64,000 bases of DNA from Gemmatimonadota bacterium (GTDB lineage Bacteria; Gemmatimonadota; Gemmatimonadetes; Palauibacterales; Palauibacteraceae): the NCBI GenBank assembly GCA_965116475.1, contig OZ220691.1:3424001-3488000 (forward strand), in the 5' to 3' direction. Under the pieces are notes generated by a model. That model was given only the letters and a program-made list of their open reading frames with translations, made no database searches and had not been told where the DNA came from. A program made the translations under genes and the position numbers. Positions 1 through 9,263 of this stretch are shown piece by piece (positions within the stretch are counted from its first letter, which is position 1; each line of letters opens with the position of its first letter).

Positions 1-244
1 CGATGAGCGCATCGACGCCCGCCGCATCCAGGTTGGGACGCATGAGCTTCACGAGGCGTTCGGCCGCGACCACCCGGACGCGCGGGGCGCCCACCAGCGC
101 GACGGCACGGGCGAGGGTATCGTCGATGAGCGGGGCGGGGCCGGCGAGGGGCAGGAGCTGCTTCGGACGGGCCGGGGTCGATGCGGGCCAGAACCGGCGG
201 CCGATCCCGCCCGCGAGGACCGCGCAGTACGCCTCGAGGTGCAC
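1..244 (-). CDS. manC: Mannose-1-phosphate guanylyltransferase, N-terminal part (runs off window start; not in the ORF track)
   Basis: Manual reverse-strand translation from GTG at 244: VHLEAYCAVLAGGIGRRFWPASTPARPKQLLPL, matching the LAGGxGxRFWPxS..PKQ nucleotidyltransferase signature; GGAGG just upstream. Confidence 0.85.
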   Translation of the reverse strand, partial: MHLEAYCAVLAGGIGRRFWPASTPARPKQLLPLAGPAPLIDDTLARAVALVGAPRVRVVAAERLVKLMRPNLDAAGVDALI

Positions 245-402
245 CGACAGAGCCTCCCTCCCGTCCTCCGAACCGCCCTTCGCGTGCGCCGGGACCTTCC
301 CGCCGCGGGCCGGCCGCGACGCGGCCAAGCTACGGACGCCGCGGTTGCCGCGCCACGTTGCCGGCCCGCCCGTGCGATCGAGCTTCGTTCGGGTGTTTTT
401 TC

Positions 403-431
403 TTGCCCGAGTCCCCCCCGGGCGACAGTTT
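403..431 (+). promoter_or_regulatory. Possible sigma70 promoter giving a leaderless mRNA for the lipoprotein-serS unit
   Basis: TTGCCC (403-408), 17-nt spacer, CAGTTT (426-431), 7 nt before ATG 439; no SD sequence. Confidence 0.35.
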
Positions 432-438
432 TCGCGCC

Positions 439-1011
439 ATGTTCCCCCGATACCGCACCTGCCCGCGCGTCCGGCTCGGAGCGCTGATCCTCGCGCTCGC
501 GGCGACGGCCTGCGACGATCCGTTCGATGCCTTCCTCGGCGACGTGCCGCTCACGCCGACGGAGGTCACGCTGTATGACTACGTGACGGGCCGCCTCGAA
601 GATCCCCCGGCGTTCGACATCGTGCTCGCGGTTCCGGCCCGCGTGGACCAGACGCTGAACTGGGATTTCCTCTTTCAGATCCGTGACGGGGCGGCGGAAC
701 TCGTCCCCTTCTCGGCGGTCGCGGACAGCGTAACGGACGCGGGTCTGCAGACGACCGGCGAACGCTTCGACGCTGTGCTCGAAGCCCCGGAGGACGGGTA
801 CACCCTCAACGCACCCATCGCGGTCCAACCGGGGGACGTGCTCATCGCGCGCAGTCGCGTCGACCCGAACAATTTCCTCGCCTGCAGCCGCTACGCGAAG
901 CTGCAGGTGCTCTCCATCGATCCCGAAGCGGGCACGATCGTCTTCCGCCACCTGGTGAACCCGAACTGCGGAGACATCGTCCTCGAACCGGGGACGCACG
1001 GTTCGCTGTGA
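439..1011 (+). CDS. Hypothetical lipoprotein, weak HmuY-like motifs
   Basis: Signal peptide with lipobox-like ATAC; NWDFLF and RYAKLQVLS motifs; ATG 439 preferred over the ORF-track start at 181. Confidence 0.7.
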   Translation: MFPRYRTCPRVRLGALILALAATACDDPFDAFLGDVPLTPTEVTLYDYVTGRLEDPPAFDIVLAVPARVDQTLNWDFLFQIRDGAAELVPFSAVADSVTDAGLQTTGERFDAVLEAPEDGYTLNAPIAVQPGDVLIARSRVDPNNFLACSRYAKLQVLSIDPEAGTIVFRHLVNPNCGDIVLEPGTHGSL

Positions 1012-1044
1012 CGCCCTGTCCGGCCGGTCCCGCCCCGCACCGAC

Positions 1045-2367
1045 ATGCTTGACCTCAAAACCCTCCGCGACGACCCCGAACTCGTGCGCGACGCCATGCG
1101 CAGGCGTGGCGACGAGTACGCCGCGGGACTCGTGGAGGAGGCGCTGCGGGCGGATGAGGTCCGCCGCGGCCTGATCCGGGAGGTGGAAGTCCTCAAGGCC
1201 GAGCGGAACACGGCGTCGAAGGCGATCGGCGCCGCGAAGGGCAGGGGAGAGGACGCGACGGCGGAGATCGAGGCCATGCGCCGGGTGGCGGCGCGGATCA
1301 GGGTCCTCGACGCGGACCTCGCGCGCACCGAAGCGGAGTTGCACGATCGCCTCCTGCAGATCCCGAACATCCCCGACCCCCGCGTCCCGCCCGGCGAGGA
1401 GGGCGAAGGGCCGACGGTTGCGGAGTGGGGCGCCCCGCGGAAAGGCGAAGTGCCGCCGCACTGGGACCTCGGGGCGACGCACGGCCACGCGGACCCCGGG
1501 GGCGCCGCGCTGCCGGGGGGCAGGACGCCAGCCCTGGATATCGAGCGCGGGGCGAAGATCGCGGGCTCCGGCTTTCCGCTCCTCGTCGGCGGCGGCGCCC
1601 GCCTCAGCCGGGCGCTCGTTCAGTTCATGCTCGACCTCCACGTCCGCGAGCACGGATACCTGGAGGTCCTGCCCCCCCTCGTCGTTTCGCGGGATTCGAT
1701 GATGGGGACGGGTCACATCCCCAAGTTCGAAGACGACGCCTACCGGACGGATCCCGACGACCTCTTCCTCGTGCCCACGGCCGAGGTGCCCCTCACGAAT
1801 CTGCACCGGGGAGAGATGCTGTCCGCGGACGACCTCCCGCTGGCGTACGTCGCGCACACGCCATGCTTCCGGCGCGAGGCCGGCGCCGCGGGCCGCGATA
1901 CGCGAGGGCTCCTGCGGGTTCATCAGTTCGACAAGGTGGAGATCGTCCGCATCTGCCGGCCCGAGGAGTCGGAGGCGCAACTGGAGCTTCTCACCCGACA
2001 CGCGGAGCGGGTGCTCGAGCTCCTGGACGTCCCGTACCGCCGGGTTCTGCTCCCGCTGGGAGATCTCGGATTCGCGAACGCGATCACCTACGACCTGGAG
2101 ATCTGGGCTCCCGGCGTCGAGGCATGGCTCGAGGTGTCGAGTTGTTCGTCGTACGGGGACTTCCAGGCACGGCGCTCCGACATCCGCTTCCGGCCGGAGG
2201 GCGGGGGACGCCCGCTGCACGTGCACACGCTGAACGGTTCGGCGCTGGCCCTGGCCCGACTCATCGTGGTGTTGCTCGAGACGGGCTTCCGCGAGGGTGA
2301 GGGGATCCTGCTGCCGGAGATTCTCCACCCCTATCTCGGGTTCGAGCGGCTCGAGCTCTGCCGGTGA
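1045..2367 (+). CDS. serS: Serine--tRNA ligase
   Basis: MLDLK start, N-terminal coiled coil, LVPTAEVP, CFRREAG, GLLRVHQFDKVE, EVSSCS, HTLNGS. Confidence 0.98.
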   Translation: MLDLKTLRDDPELVRDAMRRRGDEYAAGLVEEALRADEVRRGLIREVEVLKAERNTASKAIGAAKGRGEDATAEIEAMRRVAARIRVLDADLARTEAELHDRLLQIPNIPDPRVPPGEEGEGPTVAEWGAPRKGEVPPHWDLGATHGHADPGGAALPGGRTPALDIERGAKIAGSGFPLLVGGGARLSRALVQFMLDLHVREHGYLEVLPPLVVSRDSMMGTGHIPKFEDDAYRTDPDDLFLVPTAEVPLTNLHRGEMLSADDLPLAYVAHTPCFRREAGAAGRDTRGLLRVHQFDKVEIVRICRPEESEAQLELLTRHAERVLELLDVPYRRVLLPLGDLGFANAITYDLEIWAPGVEAWLEVSSCSSYGDFQARRSDIRFRPEGGGRPLHVHTLNGSALALARLIVVLLETGFREGEGILLPEILHPYLGFERLELCR

Positions 2368-3593
2368 ACCGGCTCTGGAACCGGCGCGGCGGCGCGCTGC
2401 TGCTCGCGGTGCTGTCCACGGGCGTCCTCGTGTGGTCCGCCATCTTCTCGCGTCAGCAGGCGGAGGAACGGCGGCTCGACGCCGCGGTCCTCGGGCAGTT
2501 GACGGCCATCAGCATCGCGGCCGCGGCGGGCAACCTCACGGCCGAGGAACAGAACGAACTCTGGAACCAGGCTTCGCAGCAGGTGGGCGCCCAGGTCCGG
2601 CGCCTCCGCATCCCCATCGTGATCACCGACACCCTGGGCAACCCGAGCAGCTGGGCGCACCTGCCCGACGACTTCCCGCTCGGCCCGACCGGCGACCCGG
2701 ACGACCAGGCGCTTCGCGAATTCGTGGCCGAACTCGACGCCCTGCGGCCGCCCTTCGAGGCGCCCGGCCTGCAGGTCCACTTCGGCGACCCCGAGTTCAC
2801 GAGCCGCCTCCGCCTGATCCCGTGGCTGCAGGCGGCCTCGCTCCTCGCCATCCTCGGCAGCGGCGGCTGGCTCCTCTTCCTCTCCTTCCGGAGCGAGCGG
2901 GAGCGCATCTGGTCTGCCATGGCCAGGGAATCGGCGCACCAGATGGGGACCCCGCTCAGTTCGCTCGTCGGCTGGCTGGAGGTGCTGGAAGACCGGCCGC
3001 GCCCCCGTGGATCGGAGGTGGGGCAGCCGGACCTCATCGACGAGATGGCGGCGGACGTGACGCGTCTGCAGAAGGTGTCGCGCCGCTTCGAACTCATCGG
3101 CCACAAACCGAAGCTCGAACCCATGTCCATGCGCGCCACGGCCATACAGCTTCGGCAGTACTTCGAGGCGCGCCTCCCCACGCTCTCCCGCACCGGCAAG
3201 ATCGAGATCGCGGTGGAGATGGAACCCGAGGCGCCGGACGTGCTGGGCAACCCGACGCTCCTGGAATGGGCGTTCGAGAACCTGATCCGGAACGCGATCG
3301 ACGCGCTGGCCCCGGATGGCGGCCGGATCGTGATCTCCCACCTCGGCCCGAGCGGCAAGCGTGCCGTGTTCCGGGTGCTCGACACGGGACCCGGGATCCC
3401 TCCCGCGCTCCGGGACAAGATCTTCAACATCGGCGTCACGACGAAGAAGCACGGGTGGGGCGTCGGCCTGTCTCTCGTGCGGCGCATCATCGAAGACATG
3501 CACGATGGTTCCATCCGCCTCGAGGACACGGGGCGTGGCGCGAGCTTCCGGATCGAACTTCCGCGTCACCGTGCCGGGAAACGGGGGACGTGA
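2364..3593 (+). CDS. Membrane sensor histidine kinase (no adjacent response regulator)
   Basis: Two TM segments, H-box AHQMGTPLSSL, N-box ENLIRNAIDA, DTGPGI, TTKKHGWGVGLS; GTGA overlap with serS. Confidence 0.93.
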   Translation: MNRLWNRRGGALLLAVLSTGVLVWSAIFSRQQAEERRLDAAVLGQLTAISIAAAAGNLTAEEQNELWNQASQQVGAQVRRLRIPIVITDTLGNPSSWAHLPDDFPLGPTGDPDDQALREFVAELDALRPPFEAPGLQVHFGDPEFTSRLRLIPWLQAASLLAILGSGGWLLFLSFRSERERIWSAMARESAHQMGTPLSSLVGWLEVLEDRPRPRGSEVGQPDLIDEMAADVTRLQKVSRRFELIGHKPKLEPMSMRATAIQLRQYFEARLPTLSRTGKIEIAVEMEPEAPDVLGNPTLLEWAFENLIRNAIDALAPDGGRIVISHLGPSGKRAVFRVLDTGPGIPPALRDKIFNIGVTTKKHGWGVGLSLVRRIIEDMHDGSIRLEDTGRGASFRIELPRHRAGKRGT

Positions 3594-5896
3594 GAGGGCT
3601 CCGCCTCAACCCGGAACAGCGGGAGGCCGTCGAGCACGGGGAAGGGCCGCTGCTGGTCCTCGCCGGCGCGGGCTCCGGCAAGACCCGCGTGCTCACGGCG
3701 CGGGCCGCCCGCCTCATCGAGGAGGGCCTGGAGCCAACGCGCCTCCTCGCCGTCACCTTCACGAACAAGGCCGCCGGCGAGATGCGGGAACGGATCGAGG
3801 GACTCATCGGCCGCTCCACGCGGGGCCTGTGGATCGGCACGTTCCACTCGGTTGCCGCGCGCCTCCTTCGCATCGAGGCCCCGAACACATCCCGCACGCG
3901 GGCCTTCACGATCTACGACGAGGATGACTCCATCCGCACGCTCAGGGATGTGATGGCGTCGGCGGGCTACGACCCCAAACGCTGGGCGCCCCGGGCGCTG
4001 CGCGGCCGGATCTCCGGCGCCAAGAACGCGCTCATGGGACCCGCGGAGTACGAGTCGGAGGCCTTCGACCTGCTCGCGGAGGTCGTGGCGAAGGTCTATC
4101 CGGCGTACCAGCGCGAACTCGAACGGCGCAACGCCTACGATTTCGACGACCTCCTCTTCGAGACGGTGCGCCTGCTGGAGACGGTGGACGGCGCGCGGGA
4201 TCGCTACGCCGCCCGCTTCGCCCACGTGCTCGTGGACGAGTACCAGGACACGAATCACGCCCAGTACCGGATGGTGAAGGCGATGGCCTCGAAACACGGG
4301 AACCTGTGTGTCGTGGGGGACGACGATCAGGCCGTGTACGGATGGCGCGGCGCGGACATCCGGAACATCCTCGACTTCGAAGCCGACTTCCACGGCGCGC
4401 ACGTCGTGCGGCTGGAGCGGAACTACCGTTCGACGGGGTCGATTCTCGAGGTCGCGAACGCCGTCATCTCCCGCAACCTCGCGAGGAAACCGAAGCGGCT
4501 GCACACGGAGCGCGAAGCCGGCGACCCGATCGAGGTCGTCCGCTGCGATGACGAGCGGGCGGAGGCGGCGTGGGTGTCGTCACGGATCGCGGCGGGCCGC
4601 GGCACACGCGGCCTGAACGAGTTCGCGGTGCTGTACCGGACGAACGCGCAGTCGCGGGCCTTCGAGGAGGCGTTCCGGCGTTCCGGCATCCCGTACCGGA
4701 TCGTGGGTGGCGTCCCCTTCTACGAACGTCGCGAGGTGAAGGATGTGATCGCCTACCTGCGCCTCCTCGTGAACCCGGCGGACGACGCCGCGTTTCTGCG
4801 CGCCGTGGGGTGGCCGAGGCGCGGCGTAGGAGCAAGAAGCCTCGAGCGGCTGGAGGAACTCGCCCGCGCGGGCGCCGGAGCGGGGGAAACCGCCGAACCT
4901 CTGGCGGCGGCCGCCGCGAGGGCGCGACACGAAGACGGCATCCCGCGGGCGGCGGCGCGCGGCCTGAGGCGGTTCGCCGAGGGGCTCGCCGACCTGAGGG
5001 CCTCACTCCCCGGCAGCGGCGCCCGGGAAGCGATCGAGGCGTGCGTGGCGGCCTTCGGGCTGGCCACCGCGCTGGCGGAGGAGGAGGACGGCGCGGACCG
5101 GCTGGAGAACGTGAGCGAACTGTTCGCGGCGGCGGAAGTGTTCGAGCGGGACGATGTGGAAGACCCCGATGACGAAGCTACGGATCTCGAGCTGTTCCTG
5201 CAGTCCGTTTCGCTGCGTTCCGACCTCGACGAGGCCGATTTCGACGGTGAAGCGGTGACGATGATCACGCTGCACAATGCGAAGGGACTCGAGTTCCCGG
5301 TGGTCTTCCTGGGCGGGCTGGAGGAGGGTCTCTTTCCCCTCTCGCGGGCGGTGGAGGCGCCGGGCGGACTGGAAGAAGAACGGCGCCTCTTCTACGTGGG
5401 GGTCACGCGGGCGATGGACCGGCTGAGCCTGACGTATGCGGACCACCGCTGGCGGGCGGGGATGGCAAGCCGGTCGGCCCCGTCGAGCTTCCTCGATGAA
5501 CTCCCCGAGGAACACGTGCTTCCGCGGTTGGCGGCGGGGCGCCGGCACCGGTGGCGTGGCCGCGATGCCCGTGCAGCCGGCCGCCGCCCGCCGCCCGGAG
5601 GGGAGCCGCGCGGCCGCTCCTTCGCCTGGCAGCGGAGCCCGGACCGCGGATCGGACCGCCCCGCCGGCTCCGGCGTGGAGGGAGGGTCGGGATCGGGCGA
5701 ACTCGAGTACGATTACGATGACTCGCAGGTGCCGCTCTCGCTCACCCCGGGCGTACGCGTGGTACATCCGCGCTTCGGGGCCGGCGAGGTACTGCAGGTG
5801 TACGGCTTCGGGAGGGAGGCCAAGGCCGACATCGCGTTCGAAGAGGTCGGCCGGAAGAAAGTCATCGTCGCCTACGCCGGGTTGCGCCCCGCCTAG
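3590..5896 (+). CDS. pcrA: ATP-dependent DNA helicase PcrA/UvrD
   Basis: LNPEQREAV, AGAGSGKT, VDEYQDTN, LERNYRS, TLHNAKGLEF, EERRLFYVGVTRA, C-terminal VHPRFGxG domain; GTG 3590 overlaps the kinase stop. Confidence 0.96.
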   Translation: MRGLRLNPEQREAVEHGEGPLLVLAGAGSGKTRVLTARAARLIEEGLEPTRLLAVTFTNKAAGEMRERIEGLIGRSTRGLWIGTFHSVAARLLRIEAPNTSRTRAFTIYDEDDSIRTLRDVMASAGYDPKRWAPRALRGRISGAKNALMGPAEYESEAFDLLAEVVAKVYPAYQRELERRNAYDFDDLLFETVRLLETVDGARDRYAARFAHVLVDEYQDTNHAQYRMVKAMASKHGNLCVVGDDDQAVYGWRGADIRNILDFEADFHGAHVVRLERNYRSTGSILEVANAVISRNLARKPKRLHTEREAGDPIEVVRCDDERAEAAWVSSRIAAGRGTRGLNEFAVLYRTNAQSRAFEEAFRRSGIPYRIVGGVPFYERREVKDVIAYLRLLVNPADDAAFLRAVGWPRRGVGARSLERLEELARAGAGAGETAEPLAAAAARARHEDGIPRAAARGLRRFAEGLADLRASLPGSGAREAIEACVAAFGLATALAEEEDGADRLENVSELFAAAEVFERDDVEDPDDEATDLELFLQSVSLRSDLDEADFDGEAVTMITLHNAKGLEFPVVFLGGLEEGLFPLSRAVEAPGGLEEERRLFYVGVTRAMDRLSLTYADHRWRAGMASRSAPSSFLDELPEEHVLPRLAAGRRHRWRGRDARAAGRRPPPGGEPRGRSFAWQRSPDRGSDRPAGSGVEGGSGSGELEYDYDDSQVPLSLTPGVRVVHPRFGAGEVLQVYGFGREAKADIAFEEVGRKKVIVAYAGLRPA

Positions 5897-5917
5897 CAGT
5901 AGCAGCCTGCGCGCCGG

Positions 5918-6385
5918 TTACTCTCCGCCGCGGTCCCCCAGCGCCCGAACCACCCGCTTCGCGGTCGAGACGTTGTCCTTGCCGCGCCGGAGCCCGCGCA
6001 GCAGAGAGGCCGTCGTGAGGAACGTCTCCTCGGCCTCCTCCTGAACGACCGCGAGCAGCGCCGCGACCTCCACCACCCGCTCCTCGACCAGATCCACCAT
6101 GCGGCCCGTGGATGCGCTCGCGCTCTTCAGCGCCTCTCCCACGCCGTCCGCATCGTCGCGCAGTTGCCCCGCGATCCGCCGCGCCTGGTCGCTCGCCTGT
6201 TCGACGTTGTGCAGCACCGGCTTGAGGCGGTCGCCAAGGTCGGTGACCGTGCCCGAAATCCGTCCCAGCGGCTCGCGGGTCTCGCGCAGCAGGCGGATCG
6301 CGTGCAGGAGGACGATGAGAATCGCCAGCGCGACGACGAGCCAAACCGCCATCCCGGCCACGACCGCGATCTCGTATGTGGTCAC
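5918..6385 (-). CDS. DUF948-like membrane-anchored coiled-coil protein
   Basis: N-terminal TM helix followed by heptad-rich helical region. Confidence 0.65.
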   Translation of the reverse strand: MTTYEIAVVAGMAVWLVVALAILIVLLHAIRLLRETREPLGRISGTVTDLGDRLKPVLHNVEQASDQARRIAGQLRDDADGVGEALKSASASTGRMVDLVEERVVEVAALLAVVQEEAEETFLTTASLLRGLRRGKDNVSTAKRVVRALGDRGGE

Positions 6386-6541
6386 TTCGGCTCCCCGGAG
6401 GACAGTCGGAAGGACGAGCAGTCCGTGGGAGGAGAGTATAGGCCGCCCTCCGTCCGCCGGCTACTTTGGCGCGCGGCGCCGGCGGGCGGTGCGGGGCAAC
6501 GACAACCAGGCCGGATGCGGGAACGGGCGGGAGGAGGCGCG

Positions 6542-7831
6542 ATGTACTATCGGATCGAGGGTGGCAGCGAGCTGAGCGGCGAGTTCACGCCGGCCGGCAA
6601 CAAGAACGCCGCCCTCCCGGTCCTCGCCGCCACGCTCCTCACGCGCGAGCCGGTGCGAATCGAGAACGTCCCGCGCATCACCGACGTGGAGACGCTGCTC
6701 GACCTTCTCCGTAGTCTCGGCGTCGAGGGTGGCTGGACGGCGCCGAACGTGCTCGAGCTCGACGCCGCCGGCGTGGATCCGCGGGCGGTCCCCGATGCGG
6801 ATCTGGCCGGCCGAATCCGCGGATCGGTGCTGCTCGCGGGCCCCATGCTCGCCCGGTTGGGATCCTGTCAGCTCCCACACCCCGGCGGGGACTTCATCGG
6901 TCGCCGCCGTCTCGACACTCACATGCTTGCGCTGCAGGCGCTCGGGGCGGCCGTCGATGTCGGAGACCGCTACGTCCTGCGCGCTCCCCGCCTCCGCGGC
7001 GCTTCCGTCTTTCTCGATGAGCCGTCCGTGACGGGCACGGAGAACGCCGTGCTCGCGGCGGCGACCGCGACGGGCACGACGGAACTTCGCAACGCCGCCA
7101 CCGAACCCCACGTGCAGGACCTGTGCCGCTTCCTCGTCACGCTCGGCGCCCGCATCGACGGCATCGGGACTTCGCGGCTCGTCATCGAGGGCGTGGAGGC
7201 CCTGGGAGGCGGGACGTTTCGGGTCGGACCGGATCACATTGAGATCGGAAGCGTGATCGGGCTGGCGGCGGCGACGGGCTCGACCCTTCGGATCGCCGGC
7301 GTGGATCCGGCCCACTTCGACCCCCTTCGCGTGGGATTCCGGCGCCTCGGCCTCGAGTTCGCGTGGCGCGATGACCGGCTCCTCGTGCGCGGCGCCGGGG
7401 AACTCGAGATCCAGCCCGATCTCGGCGGCCAGATTCCGAAGATCGACGACGGTCCCTGGCCGGCGTTCCCGGCGGATCTGATCAGCATCGCGCTGGTGGC
7501 CGCGACCCAGTGCCGAGGCACCGTCCTCATCCACGAGAAGATGTTCGAGTCGCGGATGTTCTTCGTCGACAAAGTGATCGCCATGGGCGCCCGCATCGTC
7601 CTCTGCGATCCGCACCGGGCCGTCGTCGTGGGACCTTCGCCGCTGCGCGGGGCGACCCTCGAGAGCCCCGACATCCGGGCCGGCATGGCGCTCCTCATCG
7701 CGGCGCTGGCGGCGGAAGGCGCGAGCCGCGTGCACAACATTGGGCAGATAGAGCGCGGCTACGAGCGCATCCATGAGCGGCTCGCGTCGCTGGGGGCCCA
7801 CATCGAACGCGTCGAGCCGCCAGCCGTATGA
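6542..7831 (+). CDS. murA: UDP-N-acetylglucosamine 1-carboxyvinyltransferase (Asp-type active-site loop)
   Basis: GNKNAALP, PGGDFIGRR, PDHIE, PAFPADL, PDIRAG, IERGYE; GGAGG before ATG 6542. Confidence 0.96.
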   Translation: MYYRIEGGSELSGEFTPAGNKNAALPVLAATLLTREPVRIENVPRITDVETLLDLLRSLGVEGGWTAPNVLELDAAGVDPRAVPDADLAGRIRGSVLLAGPMLARLGSCQLPHPGGDFIGRRRLDTHMLALQALGAAVDVGDRYVLRAPRLRGASVFLDEPSVTGTENAVLAAATATGTTELRNAATEPHVQDLCRFLVTLGARIDGIGTSRLVIEGVEALGGGTFRVGPDHIEIGSVIGLAAATGSTLRIAGVDPAHFDPLRVGFRRLGLEFAWRDDRLLVRGAGELEIQPDLGGQIPKIDDGPWPAFPADLISIALVAATQCRGTVLIHEKMFESRMFFVDKVIAMGARIVLCDPHRAVVVGPSPLRGATLESPDIRAGMALLIAALAAEGASRVHNIGQIERGYERIHERLASLGAHIERVEPPAV

Positions 7832-8577
7832 CGGAGGTCGCGGAGGTCCCGCAGGACGGCATGCTGCGGTTGTCGCAGTGGGAGTCGCTCGATCCGAACG
7901 TCGTGTGCGGGATCACGACGGCGGAACGCGGGGACCTCGCGGTCGAGGAGGCGTCTCCGGAGCGCGTGGCCGCGGTCTACGCGGATCTGGCGCGGGAACT
8001 CGGCTTCCGCCGGGTATCGGTGCCGATCCAGGTCCACGGCACGGACCTGCGGGAGATCGGCGCCCCACCGACCCCGGACCCGGGTGGATGCACCGTCCAC
8101 CGGGCGGGTCGCGTGGACGGCCAGCTTGCGGACGGGCCCGGCTGGCTGCTGGCCGCGACCGCCGCCGATTGCGTGCCGGTCTATCTGTGGTCCCGCGAAC
8201 TCGGGCGTATCGGGCTGGTCCACGCGGGATGGCGCGGGGCCGCGGCGGGCATCCTTCCGCGCGCGATCTCGCGGCTCGAACGCGGATCCTCCGGCGGCGT
8301 CGAGGATCTCCGCGTCCACCTGGGGCCCGCGATCTGCGGGCGCTGCTACGAGGTCGACACACCCGTGCTTGCCGCCTTCGGCTTCGGCGGCACGCGCGCC
8401 CGACTCGATCTGCGCGGGATTCTCGCCGCCCAGGCCACGACGGCCGGCGTCGCACCCGGCGCGCTTTCGAGTTCCCGTTACTGCACGTCATGCGGGCCGG
8501 GCGACCTTTACTCGCACCGCGCGAGCGGCGGTACGGCGGGACGGATGGCTGCCTTCCTGGGGCTGCGCGGAGACTGA
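7828..8577 (+). CDS. pgeF: PgeF/YfiH family (peptidoglycan editing factor, laccase-like)
   Basis: QVHG, ADCVPV, HAGWRG, LGPAICGRCYEV, CTSC, YSHR, GRM. Confidence 0.92.
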   Translation: MTEVAEVPQDGMLRLSQWESLDPNVVCGITTAERGDLAVEEASPERVAAVYADLARELGFRRVSVPIQVHGTDLREIGAPPTPDPGGCTVHRAGRVDGQLADGPGWLLAATAADCVPVYLWSRELGRIGLVHAGWRGAAAGILPRAISRLERGSSGGVEDLRVHLGPAICGRCYEVDTPVLAAFGFGGTRARLDLRGILAAQATTAGVAPGALSSSRYCTSCGPGDLYSHRASGGTAGRMAAFLGLRGD

Positions 8578-8607
8578 ACCGGGGACGCCGGCGAGCGGTA
8601 CGGGCTG

Positions 8608-8636
8608 TTGCAGCGGCTCGGACCCCGCCGTATGTT
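8608..8636 (+). promoter_or_regulatory. sigma70-type promoter of the rimP-nusA-infB operon
   Basis: TTGCAG (8608-8613), 17-nt spacer, TATGTT (8631-8636). Confidence 0.6.
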
Positions 8637-8691
8637 CGGAGTCGCATGTTCACATACGTCCGCGCGGGCCGGCGGGCGGTGGCGTTACTCG

Positions 8692-8725
8692 AAGTGGGGA
8701 AGCTGTACGGGCCCCACTTTTTTTT
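8692..8725 (+). terminator. rimP-leader intrinsic terminator/attenuator
   Basis: GTGGGG...CCCCAC stem followed by T8 (8718-8725), between the promoter and rimP ATG 8763. Confidence 0.75.
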
Positions 8726-8762
8726 GCAGTAGGGCGAACCGGATTCGCCGAAGGGGTCGGTC

Positions 8763-9254
8763 ATGCTGGACTCGGCGGACATCGAACGCGCGGTCGAAGC
8801 GCTTGGCTTCGAGGTCGTGCAGATGGAGCGGGGCGGAGGCCGTCGGCGGCCGCTGCTCCGGCTCCGGATCGATCGGCCGGGTCCGTCGTCCGCGCGGTCG
8901 GGCGTGACCGTCGACGACTGCGTCGCCGTGACGAGGGAACTGCGTGGCACACTTGAAGATGGGGCGACGGAGGACTGGGTGCTCGAAGTGTCGTCGCCGG
9001 GAGTGGACCGGCCGCTGGTGAGGGCCGCGGACTATGAGCGCTTTGCCGGGTCGCGGATTCGCGTCCGCGGCTACGGTCCGCTGGCCGACCGAGGCCGAAA
9101 ACTGGAAGGCATGCTGCTCGGGATGGTAGACGGACTTCCCGGGACGTTCGCGCTGGAGATCGAAGGGGATCGTGTCGAGATTCCGCTGGAGCTCGTGGCC
9201 TCCGCCCGCCTGGTCTACGACTGGGATGCGGCCGGAGGCGTGGGTGGGAGATAG
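8763..9254 (+). CDS. rimP: Ribosome maturation factor RimP
   Basis: LRLRID, GVTVDDC, LEVSSPGVDRPL; directly upstream of nusA. Confidence 0.95.
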   Translation: MLDSADIERAVEALGFEVVQMERGGGRRRPLLRLRIDRPGPSSARSGVTVDDCVAVTRELRGTLEDGATEDWVLEVSSPGVDRPLVRAADYERFAGSRIRVRGYGPLADRGRKLEGMLLGMVDGLPGTFALEIEGDRVEIPLELVASARLVYDWDAAGGVGGR

Positions 9255-9263
9255 AGAGAGGCA

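Noticed and set aside
1470..1535. Short Gly/Pro-rich insertion in SerS between PHWDLG and LDIERG
   Set aside because: Most likely a variable surface loop; no repeat or mobile-element signature
49..2328. 759-aa minus-strand ORF, and similar long antisense ORFs such as 8685-10904, 11851-13872, 18017-20047, 46362-48821, 49947-52970 and 58751-60823
   Set aside because: Shadow ORFs opposite well-supported genes, expected at high GC; no recognisable motifs
2297..3589. N-terminal extension making UvrD a 1199-aa fusion
   Set aside because: Arg/Pro/Gly-rich off-frame read-through of the kinase gene; helicase motifs begin at GTG 3590
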